Positions 19,337-28,934 of a stretch of DNA of 64,000 nucleotides are shown here, piece after piece. This stretch comes from Candidatus Dojkabacteria bacterium (lineage in GTDB: Bacteria; Patescibacteriota; Dojkabacteria; B142; OLB20). Within the stretch, counting starts at the first letter, position 1, and every line of letters begins with the position of its first letter. A model generated the notes under the pieces. The model made no database searches and had not been told where the DNA came from. It worked only from the letters and a program-made list of their open reading frames with translations. Position numbers and translations under genes: made by a program. Location: NCBI GenBank assembly GCA_030583785.1, contig CP129475.1:223559-287558 (forward strand). The letters are read 5' to 3'.

Positions 19337-20437
19337 ATGCTCGAAGTTTTATCCCCCGAAACAAAAAATCTACTAGGCATGCGGCCGGAATCAATTAGTG
19401 CACTAACCATAATCGTTCTTGATTTATCCTTACCTGTTGAAAGCAACCAAATTGTACAGCTCGAACTCGGAGAGTCGGGCTGGACTTCGTTAAGGCCAGA
19501 AGAAATTGATCCTTTTCTGGAAAGATTCGAAACAACATTTGGAGAGTCATTAATCGTAACCTTACAAGATGCAGACAACGATCATCTAAGGTTAGGAGGA
19601 ACCTCATACACAACTGCTAAACAATTAGCTCAATTGCTTGGAATAAACAGATTTAACTGCCATGCTCCCGTTGGCAATAGTGATCAACCTTCTAAAGATG
19701 AGGGCTTAGGGGGAGTTATCCAAGAACGATTTAACGAACTAATCACTTTAGAAGCGGGTTTGACCTTAACGCCTTCTAATCACGATGCACCTGTACCGTT
19801 AATTATTAGCTTTAATGCCCCTGGGGAAGAGCGAAAAATGGTTCTTTTGCCCGGATGCAAAGATGAAGGTATATACCCAAGTGAAGAAGCGAATATTCCA
19901 AACACTCTATTGATACTTGATTCCTATGAACTGGCTGATACTGATTCTACATATGGCAAAGCAGCTTTAGCACAAATAACCGAAAATCCAACGAACATCT
20001 TACCCTTCATAGGTCTTGGTTCCACCAGAGTAGTCGAACAGGCTTCATATTTCATACAACAATTTGCTGGTATTCGTCCAATCAATATTTCGGGCAACAA
20101 AGAAGAAGTTGAACTCCTTTGTAGGGTTCGAAATTGCAGCAATGTTTCTGAGCTAATGCTTGATCTAAATACACAGATACTTCTAGAAACCAACGGCCGC
20201 AACGGAGCAACTATATATGTAAACTTCAATAATGAAGTTTATGGCGTTTCATATTTTTTGCCCGAGTCAGAGATATACGAAGGTGATAATACTAATGCTG
20301 GAGATGTTTTTCTTGCAGCAGTTATCAGGGGTCTTTCTAATGTAGATTCAAACACAGATATTGGCGAGAGCCTTTTGAAGGTATTACAAGAGGCTTCAAC
20401 AAGTACTTACAACTATTTGCTTGTCAGAGGCACATAA
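19337..20437 (+). CDS. Divergent PfkB/ribokinase-family kinase-like protein with an ~75 aa N-terminal extension.
   Basis: RLGGTSYTTAKQLAQLLG resembles PfkB signature 1 (GG...N...A...G) with Asn replaced by Thr. The C-terminal GDNTNAGDVFLAAVI resembles signature 2 (DTxGAGDxF). Confidence 0.4.
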   Translation: MLEVLSPETKNLLGMRPESISALTIIVLDLSLPVESNQIVQLELGESGWTSLRPEEIDPFLERFETTFGESLIVTLQDADNDHLRLGGTSYTTAKQLAQLLGINRFNCHAPVGNSDQPSKDEGLGGVIQERFNELITLEAGLTLTPSNHDAPVPLIISFNAPGEERKMVLLPGCKDEGIYPSEEANIPNTLLILDSYELADTDSTYGKAALAQITENPTNILPFIGLGSTRVVEQASYFIQQFAGIRPINISGNKEEVELLCRVRNCSNVSELMLDLNTQILLETNGRNGATIYVNFNNEVYGVSYFLPESEIYEGDNTNAGDVFLAAVIRGLSNVDSNTDIGESLLKVLQEASTSTYNYLLVRGT

Positions 20438-20504
20438 ACACAGGGCATTTCACTGTTACTTCGGTCAATTTATTCGTATTATAGATAGTAGTTATCAAAT
20501 ATAA

Positions 20505-22916
20505 ATGAAAAGGCCAATAACAGTTTTATTAATTGCTTGCCTATTATTCTTATCTATTCCAATCAAAACGAATGCTGATGCAGGCTATGCACTGCGCTTC
20601 TTTGGTAACGGAACAGGCGATATTGACCGGGTAAAAATTCCCTTAACACCTTCAAAATCAGTGAATATTGGTTCTGGCAATTACACAATCGAATTTTGGA
20701 TGAAGGCTTTGTCTTCAGAGAATTCGACTTCTGCAGGGAATTGCGTTAATGGTGGAGATAACTGGACAAATGGAAATACAATAATTGATCGCGATATATT
20801 CGGAGCAGGTGATTATGGAGATTACGGGATTTCACTTTATGGCGGCAAGATAGCAATGGGCATGGCAGATTCAGATGAAGCCTATACTTATTGTTCAAGC
20901 GTTAGAGTCGATGATGGTAATTGGCACTTTGTCTCAATAACAAGATCTGGAACACAAGCTCTATTGCACATAAATGGACAGCTTGAAGTTAATGCTACCG
21001 CACCAAATGGTAATATGAGCTACAGAGAAGGTCGTTCTACATCTTATCCAAATTCAGATCCATATTTGGTCTTTGGTGCAGAAAAACATGACTATGCAAG
21101 CGAATATCCATCTTTCAGTGGGTGGCTTGATGATGTCAGAATATCAAATAGTGCCAGATATTCGACATCTACCTATACACGACCAAACAGCGAACTTTCT
21201 GTAGATGGTAACACGGTGGCTTTGTATAATTTCAACCAAGGCTCCGGAACAACTCTTACAGATCTTACAGGTCAAAACAATGGACAAATAAATGTTGGTG
21301 GTTCACCAAGCGGTCCAATTTGGGTTACTTCTGATGCTCCTATTGTTTCCCCTACGCCGACACCGACGCCAACTCCAACACCAACTCCGCCTGCCTGCCC
21401 TGGAGCTTATTTCGAACAATCCGGAAGGACAGGAGCCGGAACAAGCTGGAGACAGGTTGATTTTTCTGTGCCTTTTTCTACACAACCCTCAGTTGTTATC
21501 ACAATAAACAGCGAATACGGAGGAGACTCAGTATACTCAGAAATTCGAAATGTAACAGCAACAGGTTTTGAGTTTCGTCTACGAGAAAATACTAATGCCG
21601 GTTTTGACAACATCCATCTTCCTGAAACTATTGCCTGGAAGGCTTCTTTAGGTAGATCAACAGATGACTACGCAGGATTGGTTTCAGCAAATCATAACTG
21701 GCAGCAAGTTACTTTCTGCGAGACTTTTGCTACGATCCCAAATATCTATGCATCCTTAAATACTGTCAATGGAGGAGACTTATCAATCGCCGATATTCGC
21801 AATGTGACCACTACTGGTTTCCAAATTAGAGTAGAAGAAGTACCTGGCTACGATGGAATTCATACTAACGAAACTATAGCTTGGATTGCCTCAACAGATG
21901 TTGACCAGCTAAATGTCAATGTAGATCACGATTGGCAAACTATAAATTTTGCTTCTCCCTATTCAAGCATACCTCTGGTCATTGCAGAAATTCAATCAGA
22001 GAACGGTGGTGATCCTGTTAAGGTTGATATCCGCAATCTTACTTCAAGTAGTCTTCAGGTTCGCCTTGAAGAAGAACCTAGACTTCTTGACGGTCTACAT
22101 GCTTTAGAAAATGTTGCACTAACTATTATTGAAGCAACTCCTAGCACATCAAAAGAGAAGGGTGTAATTCAAGTAAATCACGATCAAGCGTTCATAGTGT
22201 TTTCAAATATCTCTGATAGTACGCCATTATTATTCGCAGATATAATTAGCGAAAATGGTGGCGATACCGTTGAGGTCGACATCTTACGCGTAACCCCTGC
22301 AGGAGCAGTTGTCCGCCTTGAAGAAGACAAAAGAGCAGGTTGGGACGGCCTACATACATTCGAATCTGTTGCTTGGGAAAAGATTGTTGAAGCATCATCT
22401 GGAGAGTTCGTTGGTTCTTTATCTATCTCGAGAGATGCAAATAATTCTGGCTGGGTTACGGTTTGTTTTGATGGATCAATAACTCCTTGTTCAAATAATG
22501 TCTTTACAGATGCAAACGATATAATTGTAATTGCAAATATCCAATCAGAATTTGGAACAGATACAGTTCAGGTAGATATTCGCAACGTTACAAGGTCATC
22601 ATTCGAGGTTAGAATTGAAGAAGATAGAGTAGTCGGCTGGGATGGTAACCATACAGCTGAAGTTGTAGGCTGGGTTGCCTCAGAGGAAACAGTTCAAAGC
22701 TTTCTTGTAAATCACAATTGGCAGACAATTTCACTTCCAGAGTCACTAACGGCACCATATCCAATACTATTCGAGATATTGACAGAAAACGGCGCAGATG
22801 TGGTTCGAGTTGATGTCAGGATGGTCAACGAAAGCTCCTTACAGGTAAGGCTAGAAGAGGAAAGAGTTTATGATGGTCTACATGCTTTCGAACAAGTAGT
22901 TTTCAGGATTCTTTAA
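20505..22916 (+). CDS. Secreted multidomain lectin-like protein. It has a signal peptide, a concanavalin-A-like/LamG domain, a PT-repeat linker, and about six tandem H-type-lectin-like domains.
   Basis: Signal peptide MKRPITVLLIACLLFLSIPIKTNA. LamG-like hallmarks: GNYTIEFWMK...DDGNWHFVSITRSG...LHINGQ...GWLDDVRISN. (PT)n linker. Then a repeated ~85-aa unit, NH(N/D)WQ..F...F...P.V......NGGD...VDIRNVT..GF.VRLEE.....DG.H..E.V.W, which matches the H-type lectin fold pattern. Confidence 0.6.
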   Translation: MKRPITVLLIACLLFLSIPIKTNADAGYALRFFGNGTGDIDRVKIPLTPSKSVNIGSGNYTIEFWMKALSSENSTSAGNCVNGGDNWTNGNTIIDRDIFGAGDYGDYGISLYGGKIAMGMADSDEAYTYCSSVRVDDGNWHFVSITRSGTQALLHINGQLEVNATAPNGNMSYREGRSTSYPNSDPYLVFGAEKHDYASEYPSFSGWLDDVRISNSARYSTSTYTRPNSELSVDGNTVALYNFNQGSGTTLTDLTGQNNGQINVGGSPSGPIWVTSDAPIVSPTPTPTPTPTPTPPACPGAYFEQSGRTGAGTSWRQVDFSVPFSTQPSVVITINSEYGGDSVYSEIRNVTATGFEFRLRENTNAGFDNIHLPETIAWKASLGRSTDDYAGLVSANHNWQQVTFCETFATIPNIYASLNTVNGGDLSIADIRNVTTTGFQIRVEEVPGYDGIHTNETIAWIASTDVDQLNVNVDHDWQTINFASPYSSIPLVIAEIQSENGGDPVKVDIRNLTSSSLQVRLEEEPRLLDGLHALENVALTIIEATPSTSKEKGVIQVNHDQAFIVFSNISDSTPLLFADIISENGGDTVEVDILRVTPAGAVVRLEEDKRAGWDGLHTFESVAWEKIVEASSGEFVGSLSISRDANNSGWVTVCFDGSITPCSNNVFTDANDIIVIANIQSEFGTDTVQVDIRNVTRSSFEVRIEEDRVVGWDGNHTAEVVGWVASEETVQSFLVNHNWQTISLPESLTAPYPILFEILTENGADVVRVDVRMVNESSLQVRLEEERVYDGLHAFEQVVFRIL
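21351..21392 (+). repeat. Pro-Thr dinucleotide-codon repeat (PTPTPTPTPTPTP linker).
   Basis: CCNACN repeats encoding (PT)7 between the LamG and lectin modules. Confidence 0.8.
21396..22913 (+). repeat. Intragenic tandem array of ~6 diverged ~250-bp repeats encoding H-type-lectin-like domains.
   Basis: Recurring protein-level unit with conserved NHNWQ, ENGGD, DIRNVT and DGLH blocks. It is coding, not a CRISPR array. Confidence 0.6.
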
Positions 22917-23989
22917 TCACGACCGGGCAAGCCAAACGCCAGTTCAACTGGATATGCATAATTAACTTGTCCAGCAAAGTTAATATCTAGGCTTTCTGGA
23001 CTAATGATTCTAGGCCTTGCCAAGCTTTCTTCGAGCGCAATCATTCTAATATCTGGACCGAATATTGCTTGAACTGCACTTGCTGCATTAAATACTGATA
23101 CAGCAGGACTGCATCGGACAAGACCCCTTCGGAGTTGTAACGAACCTTGTGCAGAGTTACGCACAAACACATATTTTAAGCCCACTTGCGTCTGCACTAA
23201 GAATCCCATTTCATCATTTGTCGACCTTGTATACTTTGATCTTTCACAAGCTTTGATCGCTTCAACTAACAAATCGCTGCTCGTCGTAAATTCAGGTTTA
23301 GATTCAAAGTATAGAGATGATCCAAGAATAACAGATCCGACAGGCTTCTTCTCAGTTATTTCCTTCTGTGCATCTTGCGGAGATAATATTGAAAATTCAC
23401 CCCATCTCTGACCTGGAATGTACATGAGGGCTGGTTTAAAAACTGGGATTCTTGGTGGTTCTGTTATAACATTTTTACCTACCTGTCTTGGTTGTTCGTA
23501 TCCTAAACCTTCATTCATAACAATTCCAAAACCATTCGTCAGAAGTGCGTCGGCTTCTCCAACTGTTGGACCCGAAATTATCATATGATTTCGTTTTCCA
23601 GCCAATACATTGGACTTATAATAACTGCCTGTAAGCGTTGAATACGGCTCGTTAAGTATTAAAGAATGTGTATCGGGAAGATCAATTACTACAGCTGATC
23701 CTGTTTCAATCTCTTTAAAATTTATTCTATGAATATATTCACCGCTTGTAGGACCGATAATATTCACAAAACCTGCTAGTAGTCTGATTTGTTCCTGTTC
23801 AGAATCATTAAAAAAGCCATCTCCATCAAATGTTCTCTTAACCTGACCCAGAATGTACAACCAGTGATTAGGCCCTCTTGAGATATGCTGGAAAATACTT
23901 GGCATATTTGCGATTACTCGACCTGTCAACAATGCCAAACTCGATGCCAAAACTGAATCTGTAAATTTATTATCCGGATCAAACTCCAT
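22913..23989 (-). CDS. Hypothetical protein, 358 aa.
   Basis: Intact ORF convergent with the lectin gene (4-bp overlap). No assignable motif. Confidence 0.5.
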   Translation of the reverse strand: MEFDPDNKFTDSVLASSLALLTGRVIANMPSIFQHISRGPNHWLYILGQVKRTFDGDGFFNDSEQEQIRLLAGFVNIIGPTSGEYIHRINFKEIETGSAVVIDLPDTHSLILNEPYSTLTGSYYKSNVLAGKRNHMIISGPTVGEADALLTNGFGIVMNEGLGYEQPRQVGKNVITEPPRIPVFKPALMYIPGQRWGEFSILSPQDAQKEITEKKPVGSVILGSSLYFESKPEFTTSSDLLVEAIKACERSKYTRSTNDEMGFLVQTQVGLKYVFVRNSAQGSLQLRRGLVRCSPAVSVFNAASAVQAIFGPDIRMIALEESLARPRIISPESLDINFAGQVNYAYPVELAFGLPGRD

Positions 23990-24037
23990 AGTAGATATGA
24001 GAATGGATGCTATAATATTGCATGATTATATATTCTT

Positions 24038-24730
24038 ATGAGTTTGGAAGCAATTGTAAATAAAGATGCCAACTACTATCAATCGGTTTTACGAGTGCCC
24101 CTACTAACCAGTGAACAGGTGAGAGAAATGGCAGAATATATATATGGGCTACCGGATTATCCTGCTTTGAATAGCAACAACAGGTATTACTTAAGAAAAA
24201 CCTACTCTCTTCCCGTTCAAGGCATCAGTCCAGAACAGGATATAGATCAAATTTTTACTGCCATTCGCCATCCCTACTGCAACCTTGCTGAAGGCGGAAA
24301 AGACTCGGGATGGATTAGTCTTGCCTTGAAGAAGAAGGTAATATCTGCACATACCGAGCTTGCGAATATTTTGACTTATAACGGGGGATTCGATTTGTTA
24401 TCAAGTCATCCGGAGTTAGTGATTTTTAAAAGAGGCCTTACTCCCAGAAACGAGAACTCTCCCAAGACCGGTCTTGCTCAAGTAAATAATGAGTTCTTTA
24501 TAACATCCCCTCCAATAATTGCCTGTTATTTTGATGAAGCCGGTAATCTTCTGCCTTTTTTCAATTCATTGGATAGGCAGGAGAACTATAAACAAACGAA
24601 TTATCCTGCTTCAGTGATCGTTGTACGCAGAGCAGATTTTTTGACGGAAGCTGCTCGTGATTATTTCCATAAGCTGTTCGCAAATTATGGAGAAAATTCA
24701 GAAAGACTTTCATCAACAGAGACAAATTAG
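24038..24730 (+). CDS. Hypothetical protein, 230 aa.
   Basis: Intact ORF. No motif recognised. Confidence 0.45.
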   Translation: MSLEAIVNKDANYYQSVLRVPLLTSEQVREMAEYIYGLPDYPALNSNNRYYLRKTYSLPVQGISPEQDIDQIFTAIRHPYCNLAEGGKDSGWISLALKKKVISAHTELANILTYNGGFDLLSSHPELVIFKRGLTPRNENSPKTGLAQVNNEFFITSPPIIACYFDEAGNLLPFFNSLDRQENYKQTNYPASVIVVRRADFLTEAARDYFHKLFANYGENSERLSSTETN

Positions 24731-24772
24731 TTAGTATATAATTAATCCTATTTTGTAATACTAACTAGAGAA

Positions 24773-27700
24773 ATGTCAGATGGTTCTTTTGTGCATTTAC
24801 ATCTTCATACAGAATATTCTCTGCTAGACGGTGTTGCCAAAATTAAACCCCTACTCGAAAAAATCAAGTCTCTGGGCATGAACTCCTGCGCAATAACAGA
24901 TCATGGTGTTATGTATGGGGCATATGAATTCTGGAGTTATGCAAAAGAAATAGGAGTTAAACCTATACTTGGTTGCGAAATATATGTTGCCGAAAGGACA
25001 AGATTTGATAAAACCACAGGCGTCGACAACAAGCGTTATCATCTAACTTTATTTGCCAAAAACTTTGAAGGATACAGAAACCTTCTAAAGATCGTATCAC
25101 TTGCACATACTGAAGGCTTTTATTATAAGCCAAGAGCAGATAGAGAATTACTAGAAAAATACGGCAAAGGTGTAATTGCACTTTCTGGTTGTCTAGCCAG
25201 TAACTTTAATCGTTACCTTGCAGATGGTAAAAGAGACAAAGCAATAGAGTGGATACAATTCCTTAAAAAAAACATAGAGCATGTATATATAGAAGTCCAA
25301 AAAAACGGAATCAAAGAATCGCACGATTTAATTCCAGAACAAATTAGTGTGGCAAAAGAACTAGATATCCCAGTCGTTGCAACCTGCGATACTCATTATC
25401 TTGAAAGAGAAGACCATAAAATTCAAGAAATCGCATGGTGCATCAGCGACGGTCGTAAACTGAATGATCCAGAAAGAAGACGCTACGGATCAACTGAGTT
25501 CTATATCAAATCCCCCAAAGAGATGTACGAACTATTCTCAGATTATCCTGAAGCAGTCGAAAATACACAGAAGATCGCTGACATGGTTGAAGAATACGGA
25601 ATCGAGTTCACAAGAGTCCAGCCCAGATTCGACAGTAAACTAAACGAATCCGAAACTCGTGAACGACTTAAAAAGCATGCCTATTTCGGAGCAGAAAAAC
25701 GCTACCAAACAATCTCTCCTGAGCTAAAAGAAAGAATCGATTATGAGCTTCAGGTTATTCACGAAAAAGGTTACGACGACTATTTTCTTGTCGTCGAAGA
25801 CTACATTAACTGGGCCAGAGAACAAGGCATACTGGTCGGACCAGGAAGAGGATCGGGAGCTGGAAGTGTGGTTGCTTATTGCCTAGGAATTACAAATCTT
25901 GATCCGTTGAAATGGGATTTAATTTTTGAAAGGTTTCTTAATCCCGAAAGAATGTCGCCCCCTGACTTTGATATCGACTTTCAAGACGACAGACGAGACG
26001 AACTATTCGAGTATATGTCCAAAAAATACGGTAGAGATAACACAAGTTTTATTGGCACATTCGGGAGATTAAAAACAAAGGCTGCAATTAGAGATGTCGC
26101 AAGAGTTATGGGAATCGATCTTAGAATTGCCGATAAACTCTCCAAAATGGTTATCGTAAAATTTGGACGAGTACACTCAATCAAGATGATGCGAACAGAA
26201 GTTACAGAGTTTGATCAGATCATTCGTAGCGATTCGTCGCTCGAAGAACTTGCAGGATATGTTACAAAACTCGAAAACCTAGCCAGGCATGTATCTACAC
26301 ACGCTTGTGGTTACCTGGTAACACCGACACCGATTACAGACTATGTCCCGGTTCAGCTCGAAACGAAAGGTGGACAAAACATAATCAGTCAAATAGAGGG
26401 ACATAATCTTGAGCCTCTTGGGTTAATGAAATTCGACTTTTTAGGATTATCTAATCTGACAGTAATCGCCAAAACCATAAAACAGATTAAATACACCTCA
26501 AAAAAGATATTAAACATAGACAAAATACCTCTAGATGACGAGAAAACATTTAAACTGTTTCAAGATGGCAATACTACCGGTGTCTTTCAGTTTGAATCAG
26601 ATGGTATGAAAAAATATCTGCGCGATCTAAAACCGACAGAAATTGAAGACCTAATTTTCTTGAATGCCGCCTATAGACCTGGACCCATGAAGTATATCCC
26701 AAACTACATCGATCGAAAACAGGGTCGAGAACAAGTCACATATCCTGATGACTCACTTCAAGAAGTCTTAAAAACCACATACGGATTCGCTATCTACCAA
26801 GAACAGGTTATGAACATTGCAGTAGTCTTTGCCGGCTACAGCCAAGGAGAAGCAGATATGCTTAGACGGGCGATGGGAAAGAAAAAACCAGAAGTAATGG
26901 CCAAAGAAAAAGAAAAGTTTCTTGCAGGAGCTGCAAAAAATGGACACAGTAAAAAAGTTGCCGAAGAGGTTTTTGCCTACCTAGAGCCATTTGCAGATTA
27001 TGGCTTTAACCGAAGTCACAGTGCATGTTATTCACTAATCGCTTACCAAACGGCCTATCTTAAGGCAAACTATCCGCTTGAGTTCTTAGCGGGACTAATG
27101 GAAACTGACATCAACTCTTCGGACAAACTGATTCGGGACTTAAAAGAGGCTTCTCCCATGGGAATAACAGTGCTGGCACCAGACATCAACAAAAGCTTTT
27201 ATAGTTTTAGCATCGAAGGCCAAAACATTCGTTTTGGCCTAGGCGGCATTAAAGGCGGCGGAGAAAAATGCATGAAGAGAATAGTTGAAGAAAGAATAGA
27301 GCAGGGAGAATACAAAGATATTATTGACCTTGTATCCAGAGTCGGTAGTAAAACACTTGGGAGGAAAGACCTTGAATGTTTAATCAAGGTTGGTGCTCTT
27401 GATGAATTTGGAAATCGAAAACAACTTCTGGAATATATACCCTATGTTATCGAAACTGTCGGAAGAAACGAAAAGAATTCAGTTGGCGGACAAGGTTCTC
27501 TATTTGGAGAAACCGTTGAAAAGCATGAAGATTATCAAATTGCCTTACCAAATATTTCTCCCGAAACAGATAGAGAAAAGCTTACCTGGGAGAGAGAGCT
27601 ACTGGGTGCATTCATAAGTGCTCATCCGCTCGAAAGATACAGCCAATTCTATGCAACAGGCGATGTAATTCGCCTGAGCAACGCCAAGTCATACGAAGAA

Positions 27701-28165
27701 GGCAGAACAATTCGCATGCTTTGCATCATCAATACCATCAAAGTAATCTATACAAAGAAAGATAACAAACCTATGGCTTTCCTAGAGCTAGAAGACATTG
27801 ACGGAAAAACAGAGGCAGTCGTCTTTAATGGGATTTTTGAACAGGTCAGGCTTAGAATCAAAGAGGGAGAGTCAATAATCGCTGTTGGTAAGGTTAGCTT
27901 GCGAAATGGAGACTTCAGCATTATAATCGATGATCTGATTGATCTTGAAGACTTTAACCCATCTCATGAGATGACTATCAGCATTATCGAGGAATCAGAT
28001 AAAAATAAACTGGTTCAGTTAAAAGAGGTTATCAAAAACAACCCTGGCAACTTTAGACTAAAGATTATTTACGGGACAAGATTTGATAGGAAAGAACTAG
28101 TTCGCAGTATAGAACCAAAACCAGAAGTACTGAAAATTATCGAGAAATATAAATTAAATGCATAA
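24773..28165 (+). CDS. dnaE: DNA polymerase III alpha subunit.
   Basis: PHP domain FVHLHLHTEYSLLDG, polymerase core, ~1130 aa. Typical DnaE architecture. Confidence 0.95.
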   Translation: MSDGSFVHLHLHTEYSLLDGVAKIKPLLEKIKSLGMNSCAITDHGVMYGAYEFWSYAKEIGVKPILGCEIYVAERTRFDKTTGVDNKRYHLTLFAKNFEGYRNLLKIVSLAHTEGFYYKPRADRELLEKYGKGVIALSGCLASNFNRYLADGKRDKAIEWIQFLKKNIEHVYIEVQKNGIKESHDLIPEQISVAKELDIPVVATCDTHYLEREDHKIQEIAWCISDGRKLNDPERRRYGSTEFYIKSPKEMYELFSDYPEAVENTQKIADMVEEYGIEFTRVQPRFDSKLNESETRERLKKHAYFGAEKRYQTISPELKERIDYELQVIHEKGYDDYFLVVEDYINWAREQGILVGPGRGSGAGSVVAYCLGITNLDPLKWDLIFERFLNPERMSPPDFDIDFQDDRRDELFEYMSKKYGRDNTSFIGTFGRLKTKAAIRDVARVMGIDLRIADKLSKMVIVKFGRVHSIKMMRTEVTEFDQIIRSDSSLEELAGYVTKLENLARHVSTHACGYLVTPTPITDYVPVQLETKGGQNIISQIEGHNLEPLGLMKFDFLGLSNLTVIAKTIKQIKYTSKKILNIDKIPLDDEKTFKLFQDGNTTGVFQFESDGMKKYLRDLKPTEIEDLIFLNAAYRPGPMKYIPNYIDRKQGREQVTYPDDSLQEVLKTTYGFAIYQEQVMNIAVVFAGYSQGEADMLRRAMGKKKPEVMAKEKEKFLAGAAKNGHSKKVAEEVFAYLEPFADYGFNRSHSACYSLIAYQTAYLKANYPLEFLAGLMETDINSSDKLIRDLKEASPMGITVLAPDINKSFYSFSIEGQNIRFGLGGIKGGGEKCMKRIVEERIEQGEYKDIIDLVSRVGSKTLGRKDLECLIKVGALDEFGNRKQLLEYIPYVIETVGRNEKNSVGGQGSLFGETVEKHEDYQIALPNISPETDREKLTWERELLGAFISAHPLERYSQFYATGDVIRLSNAKSYEEGRTIRMLCIINTIKVIYTKKDNKPMAFLELEDIDGKTEAVVFNGIFEQVRLRIKEGESIIAVGKVSLRNGDFSIIIDDLIDLEDFNPSHEMTISIIEESDKNKLVQLKEVIKNNPGNFRLKIIYGTRFDRKELVRSIEPKPEVLKIIEKYKLNA

Positions 28166-28934
28166 CTTTAAGAAACAATTTGGGCAGAACTTTCTAAGAA
28201 ACACATCTTTTGTTATTGATCTACTTACGGCATCGGGGATTTCAAAAGACGACCATGTATTAGAAATTGGTCCCGGAGACGGATCAGTTACAGAATATAT
28301 TTGCGAAAGTGCAGCAAGCATTACTGCAGTAGAAATTGATGCTGAATTGATTGATTCTCTAAACTCTAGATTCTCTGCATACCCGAACTTCAAATTAATA
28401 AACCAAGATATTCTATCTTTTAACGAGTCTGATAATTTTGCAAATAAAGACTATATTGTTGTGGGTTCTCTTCCTTACAACATCTCAAAAAACATTATTA
28501 GAAAATTCTTAACCAGCAAGAATCCCCCAAAAAGAATGGCTGTGATCATGCAAAAGGAAGTGGCAGAAGATTATACTGCAAATACTCCAAGGTCTTCGTT
28601 CCTTTCTAATTTTGCATCTCTATACTCTGAACCAAAGTACATTTGCACAATACCAAAAGAAGCGTTTGAACCGACCCCTAAAGTTGACGGCGCAATTGTC
28701 TTATTTGAAATTACACAGCCGAGATTCAATAATCCAGAAAAGTTACTTAGCTTTATCAAGATTGGATTTAGCTCACCTAGGAAAAAATTGAGTAGTAACT
28801 TGGCGAATGTTGGATTAGATAAAAATTCAATTGAAACCGAACTGGCAAAACTTGGATATTCCAAAACTGCCAGAGCAAGTGAGATTACACTTGATTCTTG
28901 GCATATTCTGGCGAAAACTTATGGTAAGAATTGA
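28158..28934 (+). CDS. rsmA: 16S rRNA (adenine1518/1519-N6)-dimethyltransferase.
   Basis: FGQNFL...HVLEIGPGDGSVT SAM-binding motif of KsgA/RsmA. Confidence 0.9.
   Translation: MHNFKKQFGQNFLRNTSFVIDLLTASGISKDDHVLEIGPGDGSVTEYICESAASITAVEIDAELIDSLNSRFSAYPNFKLINQDILSFNESDNFANKDYIVVGSLPYNISKNIIRKFLTSKNPPKRMAVIMQKEVAEDYTANTPRSSFLSNFASLYSEPKYICTIPKEAFEPTPKVDGAIVLFEITQPRFNNPEKLLSFIKIGFSSPRKKLSSNLANVGLDKNSIETELAKLGYSKTARASEITLDSWHILAKTYGKN

Noticed and set aside
21396-22913. Periodic repeats that could superficially suggest a CRISPR array or other repeat element.
   Set aside because: The repeats are ~250 bp, diverged, and lie in one continuous reading frame encoding lectin-like domains. There are no short identical direct repeats with unique spacers anywhere in the window.
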